Origin: a virus
Virus record (IMG/VR): IMGVR_UViG_3300032313_001394
Coordinates: 32,001 to 96,000 of that record
DNA: 64,000 nucleotides
Direction: 5' to 3' (one strand)
Shown here: in pieces, positions 9,620-19,714 of the stretch
How the letters are laid out: each line of letters opens with the position of its first letter
Position numbering within the stretch: position 1 is the first letter of the stretch
Notes under the pieces: model-generated
The model's database searches: none
What the model saw: the letters and a program-made list of their open reading frames with translations, nothing else
Told to the model about the DNA's origin: nothing
Program-made: the position numbers and the translations under genes

Positions 9620-11522
9620 TAAATGTTGTTTTAAAACCTAATAATTTAGCATATCTTGGTAAACGACATGACCAATAAGATGCTTTAGTTCTATCTTTTT
9701 TATTCTTACAATCATGACGAGCAGCAAAGGCACGACGTGCTTGGGGATTATTTAATTTAGCTCTTAATCCAGTTGTATCACCAAATGATACTTTTTTAAC
9801 TCCACCACCTGGTTTACGAACATAAACATAGAATTTTTTAGATCCACCACGTTTTGGTTTTCCAATTGGAGGTGTTTTCTTTTTATCGGCTTCAGATACT
9901 AATTCTTCTTCAATTAAAATATAATCAAACGGAAGTTCCATTCCTTTATATTTAAATGTTTCTCCAATATTTGATTCTAATATCTCAACATCATCTTCAG
10001 TTACTGAAAGTAATCCTTTGTTATATAATTCACGGGCTTCATTAAATAAAGCAAAATATTGTTCAGATAAAGGACGATATATATTATGAATTAATTGTTT
10101 GCCTTCAGCAATATGATATTTTAATCCTTCAGATAATATAGGTATATCTTGTCCTTCTTTTAATATTAATTTAGGACCGTTACAACCACAATCTTCATTT
10201 AAATTAGCTCCAATATCGTTTACATCTTGATATGCAAATTTATTCATCGGTTCGATAGTGCCTAAAATTACTTGTGGATTTATACCTTTTGCTCTAGCAA
10301 CCATTAAACGAGTATTACCACCTACTAAATAGTATTTATTCGGAGAATATTGGAGAATCAACGCAGGAGGTGTTTTTTCAGCGGCTAATATGCTTTGAAT
10401 ATCTTTACCGTAATGGCGCGCTAATTCTATCGCTTCTTCTTCAGAATTTATATCGTATGAGTCGGTATTTTCTAAACGACTCCACATTTCATCTGTTAAA
10501 GTAACTTCTTTACCATTAACAAATGAATTATATACTACATCATAAGGTAAACCTAATTCTCCAGCTGTACGTTCGATTTCCTCATTTTCAGCTTTTATAA
10601 TTGGTTCCCATCCTAATGGATTAATATCTTCTCTAAAACGTACTTTTGCTTTATCTGTATTTGGAACTACACGATCGCCTTTACGATCAGCAGCTGCTTT
10701 TTTACGAGCAGTAGCAGCACGTTCTTCTTTAGATAATGAATTTGCTTTAGCACGAGGCAAACAACGAGTTGTTGCTTGTCCTTTTTTCATTGTACCACAA
10801 GGCCCAGTTATGTTACCTGCTGTATCAATACGAACCCAATCTTCTTTTCTAAACCAATCACGTAGTGATTCATCTAAATTAATTAATTTATCTGAGTTTA
10901 ATATTTTAACTTTTATATTTTTATTAGCTGCTAAACTAGCATATAGTCTAGTTCTTCCACCAACTACATATAGAGTTCCATTTATATCAATTAATACAGG
11001 AGGTTCATAATTTCCTGTTGTTACTTGATCATATAAACTACCAATATCATATCCTCTTTGTCTATTACTATCATTTGAATCTCTTTTAGTCATTAAATCT
11101 ATATATCCTTGTCTTGGATTCTGAGATTTACTGATTTTGATTATATCTGTTATAAGAGATTCTTCACCAGATTTATTATTAAAATTTTTAAGTTTTGTTA
11201 CTTGAGATGGAGAAATATTAGTTGCAGGTGTTTTTTCAATAATAGGTATTAATTTATTAACAGATTCTTCATCATATTTAAATCCAGCATTTTTTACTAT
11301 TTTAGATATATTTAGATCTTTTTGACCTACTAATTCCCATGCTTCATCCTCACTTCCTTCTTCCATCAATCCTTTACATACCTTAACAGCACGACCAGAT
11401 AAATAAGCTGATGGTACTTCACCAGCAGCTATACGTCTATTATAATAAGCTTTACCCTTAGGACAAAGCTTTTTTTCCATTATAACATTCTCAATTATAG
11501 ATTTTATTTTATTTAAATCCAT
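9606..11522 (-). CDS. Multi-domain polyprotein-like protein with two ParB/Srx-like domains and basic Cys-containing modules
   Basis: PPVLI...VVGGRTRL and PPALI...LVGGNTRL; LRDWFRKEDWV module; KVSFGD...FAARHDC...YWSC module; junctions at xE sites. Confidence 0.65.
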   Translation of the reverse strand: MDLNKIKSIIENVIMEKKLCPKGKAYYNRRIAAGEVPSAYLSGRAVKVCKGLMEEGSEDEAWELVGQKDLNISKIVKNAGFKYDEESVNKLIPIIEKTPATNISPSQVTKLKNFNNKSGEESLITDIIKISKSQNPRQGYIDLMTKRDSNDSNRQRGYDIGSLYDQVTTGNYEPPVLIDINGTLYVVGGRTRLYASLAANKNIKVKILNSDKLINLDESLRDWFRKEDWVRIDTAGNITGPCGTMKKGQATTRCLPRAKANSLSKEERAATARKKAAADRKGDRVVPNTDKAKVRFREDINPLGWEPIIKAENEEIERTAGELGLPYDVVYNSFVNGKEVTLTDEMWSRLENTDSYDINSEEEAIELARHYGKDIQSILAAEKTPPALILQYSPNKYYLVGGNTRLMVARAKGINPQVILGTIEPMNKFAYQDVNDIGANLNEDCGCNGPKLILKEGQDIPILSEGLKYHIAEGKQLIHNIYRPLSEQYFALFNEARELYNKGLLSVTEDDVEILESNIGETFKYKGMELPFDYILIEEELVSEADKKKTPPIGKPKRGGSKKFYVYVRKPGGGVKKVSFGDTTGLRAKLNNPQARRAFAARHDCKNKKDRTKASYWSCRLPRYAKLLGFKTTFSGFW

Positions 11523-11766
11523 TTTCTTCTTGTTTTGGCAAAAACCAGTTAGAACACCATTTTGAAGGATCTTTTATCTGATTTCCATCATTATCAACTA
11601 ATTCAGCAGTACCCATATGTTCTTGATAATTCGTACTTGAACACATATGTTTGTCGTCTTGTTTGTAGTAGAATTTACATACGTGACATCCAAATCCTAC
11701 AGGCGAGTACATATAAGGAGGAGATACCTCAGATACTTCACTTAATATATTGATTAATTTAATCAT
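11509..11766 (-). CDS. MIKL-leader protein with four Cys (HiPIP-like pattern)
   Basis: MIKLINILSE; CHVCKFY...C...WCSNW. Confidence 0.6.
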   Translation of the reverse strand: MIKLINILSEVSEVSPPYMYSPVGFGCHVCKFYYKQDDKHMCSSTNYQEHMGTAELVDNDGNQIKDPSKWCSNWFLPKQEENGFK

Positions 11767-11969
11767 TATTTACCTTTATTTTTTATCTTATAATATATTT
11801 GTACCCCGAGCCATCCAATAGATAGGATGTAAAATAGACCAGTAAGTACAGGATTTAACATAGAAAAAAAGCTATTAAGTAGTGCAATGCACGTTGTTGC
11901 TACTCCGGCAGCATTTAGCTCAGCTGATTGATGCATTTTATTAAGAAGGGATAAAAATGTTATACTCAT
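11766..11969 (-). CDS. Small membrane protein, possibly holin-like
   Basis: Hydrophobic helices, basic C-terminus; true start may be MHQS at 11936. Confidence 0.5.
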   Translation of the reverse strand: MSITFLSLLNKMHQSAELNAAGVATTCIALLNSFFSMLNPVLTGLFYILSIGWLGVQIYYKIKNKGK

Positions 11970-11977
11970 AAATATTA
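11968..11977 (-). promoter_or_regulatory. Class-B promoter overlapping a stop codon
   Basis: TAATATTTAT. Confidence 0.6.
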
Positions 11978-12559
11978 ACTATTTAATTTAGCACGTGATT
12001 CTTTTACGTCTTTCATTACTTGTTCGCGTATTTTCTGTTTATCTAAAGCTTTAACATGCCAATCTTCAATATCACCTTGTTCAGTTACAAATCCAGTTGA
12101 ATCGAATGAATTCATATAATCTTCAAATCCGTTTTCAAATTCATTTAAAGTAAAATTAGCATTATTTTTCATTATATTTAATGCATATTCTTTCCATTTT
12201 CCTTCTATTTTTAATTGAGTTTCTTTTTTTATAACACAATTAAAACAAGTACTATGAATATGAAACATTTTCTTATCATACTCTGTTTTCATAGGTGTAT
12301 TACATTCCGGACAAAGAAGTGGCATAAAAGCATATGATTTTGCTCTATCTAATTTAGACACACTAATTCGGACACCGTTTTTGATTGTCCAAGATTTACC
12401 GTTTTCTTCCCATATTTCACCTTCTTTACGTTCAATATGTTTACGAGAATATCCTACTTGAGTTTGAGTAGCATCATGGTAATTACCGGATACTAAATTA
12501 CGAATTCGCTTTATATCTTTTTCAGTGAATTCTTTTTGTAATAATGTTTCTTTTGCCAT
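11975..12559 (-). CDS. Zn-finger (CxxC..CxxC) hypothetical protein
   Basis: CPEC and CFNC; GEIWEENGKSWTIKNG. Confidence 0.75.
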   Translation of the reverse strand: MAKETLLQKEFTEKDIKRIRNLVSGNYHDATQTQVGYSRKHIERKEGEIWEENGKSWTIKNGVRISVSKLDRAKSYAFMPLLCPECNTPMKTEYDKKMFHIHSTCFNCVIKKETQLKIEGKWKEYALNIMKNNANFTLNEFENGFEDYMNSFDSTGFVTEQGDIEDWHVKALDKQKIREQVMKDVKESRAKLNS

Positions 12560-12560
12560 T

Positions 12561-13892
12561 TTATAACCCTAGTTTTTGTAATTGTTTTATTGTTGATTCT
12601 GTAGATGTATGACGGATACCAATTCCACCAGCATCTATCCATTGTTGGATATTATCTTTTCTATCATCAATCAATATTGCATTTGGTTCTGCTAGATCTT
12701 TTTTATCTTTTGCTTGTTTAAATACAATGGATGTACCTGGTATATTATTATCTACCCATTCTTGTTTACCTATTTCAGATGATTTTTCACGTGATGGAGC
12801 AGTTAATAATTTAGGATTATATTGTTTAATATAATTCCATAATTGTTGTCCATCAGACATCCAATTTAAATCAGCCCAAAATTTAGATCCTGCTTTAGTA
12901 ATTGCAGACCAAAAATCATTTTTATCATATGTTGAATCAACACCAGGTGTTTGCTTGCCTGTTAAATCATTATATCCACGTTCAAAATCAACTAATACAC
13001 CATCCATATCACAATATACTTTATATTGTTGTTCGCCTTCATTTAATTTAGAAGATTGATTATTAAATGATTTTACTTTAGATATAAGTTCAGGTTCAGA
13101 TAAAACAGAATCTTTAATTTTTTTATCTATAGTAATAAATTCACGTTCTAATTGAGATACTAATTGTTTAAATAGTTCTCTTGATTTTTCTGTTGCTTTA
13201 TCTTTTTTAGCTTGTTCTTCAGGTGATAAAGGCGAATCTTGTGTTTTACGGAAAGTAGATACAAATTGTTCTGGATTCTGAGATGTTAATTCTTCTAACC
13301 ATTCATATAATTTTCCTTGTTGAACTGCTTGATTAAATTCTTCTATTTCTTTTTTGTACTCATCATCTGGTGCTTGATATAATACAAAATTATCACCTAA
13401 TTTATTTTTATAAGCATCAATATTACCGTATACATTATTCCATGTTGATATAACACCTATTTTAGGTACTTTACGCTCACGTTTAAAATTTCTTAAAAAT
13501 GATACAATTGGGTGAGCATACACCATAATCATTAATGTATCATAATTAGAAGCAGCATTTAATAATCCTGGTGTTTCTTTACGTTTATATGTTCCTCCAA
13601 GTAATTTAGCTGCATTAGATGCTGTTGTGTCCCAAATAAATGATTTACCTGATAAAAGAGTATTAGGTACATCAACATCATCTACTTGAATAGAAGCTGC
13701 TGATAAATTATTAAACATTGGACTTGCTTTATCTTCAATGTATTTATCAGGATTAATTATTTCAAAACCAGGTGTTAATCCTTTAATTTTATCTATTAAA
13801 GTAGATTTACCAACTCCAGCACCCCCAGCTAAAATTATCATTTTATTTTGAGGTGAAATAATTTCTTGTAGTATATCAAATAATTTTATCAT
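12561..13892 (-). CDS. MIKL-leader fusion of P-loop kinase (zeta-toxin/PNK-like) and HAD 5'(3')-nucleotidase
   Basis: GGAGVGKS, INPD, WDTT, RERKVP; then DMDGVLVDF, LTAP, K..W, LIDDR; LNE junction between them. Confidence 0.8.
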   Translation of the reverse strand: MIKLFDILQEIISPQNKMIILAGGAGVGKSTLIDKIKGLTPGFEIINPDKYIEDKASPMFNNLSAASIQVDDVDVPNTLLSGKSFIWDTTASNAAKLLGGTYKRKETPGLLNAASNYDTLMIMVYAHPIVSFLRNFKRERKVPKIGVISTWNNVYGNIDAYKNKLGDNFVLYQAPDDEYKKEIEEFNQAVQQGKLYEWLEELTSQNPEQFVSTFRKTQDSPLSPEEQAKKDKATEKSRELFKQLVSQLEREFITIDKKIKDSVLSEPELISKVKSFNNQSSKLNEGEQQYKVYCDMDGVLVDFERGYNDLTGKQTPGVDSTYDKNDFWSAITKAGSKFWADLNWMSDGQQLWNYIKQYNPKLLTAPSREKSSEIGKQEWVDNNIPGTSIVFKQAKDKKDLAEPNAILIDDRKDNIQQWIDAGGIGIRHTSTESTIKQLQKLGL

Positions 13893-14425
13893 TATTTTTT
13901 AAATGAACGCTTAATGTTTGATTTTGATGAAGTATTTGGTTTTCTTAGATAAACATGGTTATTAGAATCTTTTGTATAACTCCAATCAGATAAATTTCTT
14001 TCAACGTATGCTTTATATAATTTTTCTCTACCTTGATCCGATGGACCTGATTTTACAGGTTCGTATACTATCTCTACTACTTCAGGATGTTGTGAAACAT
14101 AATCTTTTAGTATTTTAGTGACAGTAGCCATTATTCTATATTGTTCTCCTCTATTAGTATCTAAAGTAGTATACTCTTCATTTCCAACTTTATTACCAAA
14201 TACTACCCCCAAATAATATTCATTTTTTGATTTGGATTGAGGTACATCATATTTATCCATTAAACCAGTATAAAGTTCAACAATATATGTATTATTCCCT
14301 ATTTCAAATTCATAGTTTATAGTCTTTTCATCTTTAGTTGAATTTAGTGATTCACCAGTTTTATTATATGGTACACTTAATGTAGCATCACCAATTTCAG
14401 ACAGTATATCAAATAATTTTATCAT
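13892..14425 (-). CDS. MIKL-leader hypothetical protein
   Basis: MIKLFDILSEI; TNRGEQYRIMATV and R.KLY..Y motifs. Confidence 0.75.
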   Translation of the reverse strand: MIKLFDILSEIGDATLSVPYNKTGESLNSTKDEKTINYEFEIGNNTYIVELYTGLMDKYDVPQSKSKNEYYLGVVFGNKVGNEEYTTLDTNRGEQYRIMATVTKILKDYVSQHPEVVEIVYEPVKSGPSDQGREKLYKAYVERNLSDWSYTKDSNNHVYLRKPNTSSKSNIKRSFKK

Positions 14426-15300
14426 CTTACTATAAACATTTCAGGTCGCATTTGAGCGAAATTTCTCATCATAATAGCGGCGGCAGCATTAGCTTCATTT
14501 TCATGAGCATGTCCTGTTTTACCGGATTCTGGTGTTAATCTATTTTGTATATCTTGTTTATAATGAACTAACTCATGTGCTAATGTTCTAAAAACATCAG
14601 CTTGATGACGATTAGCTACACTTAATTCAATACTTTTATTGTTTGGATCGTATCCACCAAATGAACGTCTTGATTCTGCATTTGTAGGATCATATGACAT
14701 TTTTAATGGAGGTAATGATTTTAATTTTAAATATTCTCTGCAGTATCCAACAAATTCTTTTAATAATGGGAATTGATCTTCATATATTGGATGCTCATTT
14801 AATGAGTTTTTATTTTTTTCATACGTTCTAGTAAATGCATCAAAAAATTCTCTTGTTGAAACCCCATCAGGTAAAAATTTAGCTACTTGTTTTATATTAC
14901 GAGCTTGAATAGCATCTCTAAAGTCAGTTGCTGATATATTTTCAAAATTACCAGCGTCAAATATCTCAACTTTGGGATTGTCAGCTAATGAAGCAAAACG
15001 TGAACTTTCTTCTTTACCAAATGCAACTACAAAATCTTGATCAGGATTATTTTTAATCGATGATAATGTATAATATACAGGAGAGCCTTCAGATGATATA
15101 ACTTTAACTTTAGGACCTAATAAATTAGTATATAACGCCCAAATATCTAATGATTGATCTGCTGAAACTCCACCACGTTCTTTTGAAGAAACAGCAACAA
15201 CCACCTCAGAAATATCATCTCTATCAATTAATAGTTTAACTACTTGGAAATGACCTTTATGAGGTGGTTTAAACGCGCCTGGGTAAATTGCTATTTTCAT
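14422..15300 (-). CDS. Cytidylyltransferase-family nucleotidyltransferase fused to an HExxH metallopeptidase-like domain
   Basis: PGAFKPPHKGH and ISATDFR; then RTLAHELVH...ENEANA; LNE junction. Confidence 0.8.
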   Translation of the reverse strand: MKIAIYPGAFKPPHKGHFQVVKLLIDRDDISEVVVAVSSKERGGVSADQSLDIWALYTNLLGPKVKVISSEGSPVYYTLSSIKNNPDQDFVVAFGKEESSRFASLADNPKVEIFDAGNFENISATDFRDAIQARNIKQVAKFLPDGVSTREFFDAFTRTYEKNKNSLNEHPIYEDQFPLLKEFVGYCREYLKLKSLPPLKMSYDPTNAESRRSFGGYDPNNKSIELSVANRHQADVFRTLAHELVHYKQDIQNRLTPESGKTGHAHENEANAAAAIMMRNFAQMRPEMFIVR

Positions 15301-15326
15301 TAATTAATATACAGTATAATATACTT

Positions 15327-15336
15327 ATAAATATTA
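15327..15336 (-). promoter_or_regulatory. Class-B promoter overlapping a stop codon
   Basis: TAATATTTAT. Confidence 0.6.
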
Positions 15337-16125
15337 ATTTTCTGCATTCAATTTAATTGATGTAGGTAATGTTTCAGTATATGGAGAAGCATTTGGATTC
15401 TCAAGTTTATATATATCTTGAATTTTAGTAAACATAGTAAAATTCTTTTCAATATCATCAACTATTTTAACTTGCCATCCTTTACCTTGCATTTGACCTT
15501 CTTTGCCTTCTCTATGTGTTTTAGCTTTCAACCAAATAATACCAGTACGTGTAACATGTTCAGTATGAGTTTCATTCCAAGCTTGAGCATAAGCGGCTAA
15601 TTGTAAATCATATGATGTATGTAGCGAATTTGATGTTTTAATATCTAATAACCATAATTCACCGTTTATTCTCACAATTAAATCGGCAGTACCAGCATAC
15701 TCATATTGGTCAGAAAATAAATGATATTCTTTAGATACTAATTCTGGTTTTACTTGGTTCCAAAAATCAGCAAATCGTAAAATCATTTTCCAAACATCTA
15801 ATTGATATTTAGCTGTTCCGTATTGATCAATCCATGTAATTTCTTTTCCGCCTAAAAAATCTTCAATAGCATCGTGTACTTGTGTTCCTTCATAAGCTGC
15901 TTTACGCATAATAATTTCACTATTATGACCAACATCTTTTAACCAAGCGTGAAAAAAATTGTTTTTAGGGAAATAATTCAATATGGAAGTAACAGATGGG
16001 TAATATTTTTCACTACGTCTGTAGAAACGACTATCTAAAATATTTATTTGTTTAGAATTTGCTGTATGTTCAACAATCCGTTTAATATTTGGATCATTAA
16101 TTACATTTGAATTTTGTTCAATCAT
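15334..16125 (-). CDS. PD-(D/E)xK exonuclease (Cas4/lambda-exo-like)
   Basis: PSVTSIL, GTQVH, YAGTADL, LDIKTS, QLAAY. Confidence 0.85.
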   Translation of the reverse strand: MIEQNSNVINDPNIKRIVEHTANSKQINILDSRFYRRSEKYYPSVTSILNYFPKNNFFHAWLKDVGHNSEIIMRKAAYEGTQVHDAIEDFLGGKEITWIDQYGTAKYQLDVWKMILRFADFWNQVKPELVSKEYHLFSDQYEYAGTADLIVRINGELWLLDIKTSNSLHTSYDLQLAAYAQAWNETHTEHVTRTGIIWLKAKTHREGKEGQMQGKGWQVKIVDDIEKNFTMFTKIQDIYKLENPNASPYTETLPTSIKLNAEN

Positions 16126-17063
16126 GAGAGTTTTAGTTTTATACCCATTATTTTTTCAAAGGTTAGTGGATATGTGTTTTCAATTATATTTAAGAAATTC
16201 TTAAATCCGATTTCATTTGCATCTTTACCATCCATTTCAACTAAGTAAACTTCTTTACCATAATTCATTAATGTTTGACAGTGTTGTAATGCTTCACGTT
16301 GTGCATCTTTATCTAAAGCAACGTATACTTTTTCTACATCTGATGTTACTAATCGTTTCATTAGTGCTTCAGAGAGTACTTTACCAAATAATGGAATAAC
16401 ATTTCGTTGTATTGTTAAAGCATCAAACATACCTTCAACTAATACTACTGGCGCATCCCAATTTATGAAATATTCTAATCCGATTATGTTTTTATTTTGT
16501 ACTGATGGATTTTTATATTTGCGAGATGAGTCTTGATCAAACGAACGAGCAATAAAATAATTTAATTGACCCTCTGAATTATAAGATGGAATAATAATTC
16601 GTCCTTCATACTCGCCTTCAGTACAAAATCCAATATTATATTTTTTAATATGATTGTCTGTAATATCTCGCTTATGAAGAAAATGTAATGCTTGTTTAGC
16701 ATATATTTGATCCATTTTAGACAGTGAAGTAACGTCAATTAACGTTTTAAATTCTTTAGGTAATGTTATTTGATTATAAACTATCTCTTGGCGTTTACCA
16801 GGAATAATAATTGTATCTAGTTGTTCTGATTTAGAACCTGTTATTTTTAATGATTTAAATAACGATTTAATTGTTTTACCTTTAGTATTACAAACCCAAC
16901 AATGCCACGGATTTTCTTTCTTCTCATTAGTGGCTATATTAATTTCTAATTTAGGCTTATGATGCTTACAAAATGGACAATGGAATGAATGATTACCTTT
17001 AGATGTAGGTTTTGATTTACCTAATACCGATTCTAATAAACTAATTAAAACTAGATTTTCCAT
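16122..17063 (-). CDS. dnaG: DNA primase (Zn finger plus TOPRIM)
   Basis: CPFC..H..CWVC, RIIIP, KYKNP, VEGMFD, LDKD, KDAN. Confidence 0.9.
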   Translation of the reverse strand: MENLVLISLLESVLGKSKPTSKGNHSFHCPFCKHHKPKLEINIATNEKKENPWHCWVCNTKGKTIKSLFKSLKITGSKSEQLDTIIIPGKRQEIVYNQITLPKEFKTLIDVTSLSKMDQIYAKQALHFLHKRDITDNHIKKYNIGFCTEGEYEGRIIIPSYNSEGQLNYFIARSFDQDSSRKYKNPSVQNKNIIGLEYFINWDAPVVLVEGMFDALTIQRNVIPLFGKVLSEALMKRLVTSDVEKVYVALDKDAQREALQHCQTLMNYGKEVYLVEMDGKDANEIGFKNFLNIIENTYPLTFEKIMGIKLKLS

Positions 17064-17066
17064 AAT

Positions 17067-17084
17067 ATGAATATGGTAAGGAAA
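17067..17084 (-). promoter_or_regulatory. Class-A promoter variant 3 nt before the primase ATG
   Basis: TTTCCTTACCATATTCAT-ATT-ATG. Confidence 0.55.
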
Positions 17085-17088
17085 TTTA

Positions 17089-17535
17089 CTATATCAAATC
17101 TTTACGGAAAAACTTACCTAATATATTATCGTTAATATAATGATCGTCTTCTAAAACGTTATATTGAAATAAATATTTTGTTTCCCAATATGTTAACTGT
17201 TTACTAGTTTTACATAATTTTAATACATAACGTGTCATTTCATCTTTAGGTAATGATTTAACTTCAGTTGATGAACCATAATATGTTTTCCAATCGCTTT
17301 CTTTAGTGACTGATTTTTTAGATGGTCTTTTACCTCTAGTAACAGGTATTTCAGCTAGTTCTTTTTTACCTAATTTTTTATTTAATATATGAAAGAAATT
17401 TTTCTTACCAATATATCGACGCCCAGTAGGTATATGAAGAGTTATATAAATATAACCGATATATTCATTAATATCAAAATTAGAATCATTGATTAAATCC
17501 TCTACTTTAGTAGTAGGACTAATTACTTGCATCAT
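17089..17535 (-). CDS. GIY-YIG-type endonuclease
   Basis: GYIY..TGRRYIGKK, ESDWKTYYGSS, conserved E and N. Confidence 0.75.
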   Translation of the reverse strand: MMQVISPTTKVEDLINDSNFDINEYIGYIYITLHIPTGRRYIGKKNFFHILNKKLGKKELAEIPVTRGKRPSKKSVTKESDWKTYYGSSTEVKSLPKDEMTRYVLKLCKTSKQLTYWETKYLFQYNVLEDDHYINDNILGKFFRKDLI

Positions 17536-17546
17536 AACTTTTATTT

Positions 17547-17858
17547 TTAAGTATCGTAACGTATTAAGAAAGTCATATCTGTTTCTAAAGACATAGGAAC
17601 AGGTTGACCAAATTTAGCAACCATTATTAATTCATTATCATCATTATAAAATCCAATTGTTGAAGCATATGGAGCAAAATTAGATCCAGTAGCAAAATCT
17701 TTAATTTGAGAATAAGGATTCGATCCTGTTATTCTTAAACTTGGATTATAACTTAAATTAAATTCATTTTCTTTTACATGAGCCGTAATATAATTCTCAT
17801 AAACCGTATGTTGGTTTTTAAAAGATAACTTAAAATTATTTGTGTTTATTATACTCAT
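17547..17858 (-). CDS. Virion structural domain, paralogous to the C-terminus of 21033..22043
   Basis: NEFNLSYNPS...TIGFYNDDNELIMVAKFGQP. Confidence 0.75.
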   Translation of the reverse strand: MSIINTNNFKLSFKNQHTVYENYITAHVKENEFNLSYNPSLRITGSNPYSQIKDFATGSNFAPYASTIGFYNDDNELIMVAKFGQPVPMSLETDMTFLIRYDT

Positions 17859-17864
17859 ATATTA

Positions 17865-17871
17865 ATAAATA

Positions 17872-17874
<3 letters not shown>
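17865..17874 (-). promoter_or_regulatory. Class-B promoter overlapping a stop codon
   Basis: TAATATTTAT. Confidence 0.6.
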
Positions 17875-19707
<1,833 letters not shown>

Positions 19708-19714
19708 TTATTTT

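Noticed and set aside
15334-16125. Cas4-like nuclease as evidence of CRISPR-Cas
   Set aside because: No Fe-S cysteine set, array or other cas genes; it sits next to the primase like an ordinary phage exonuclease
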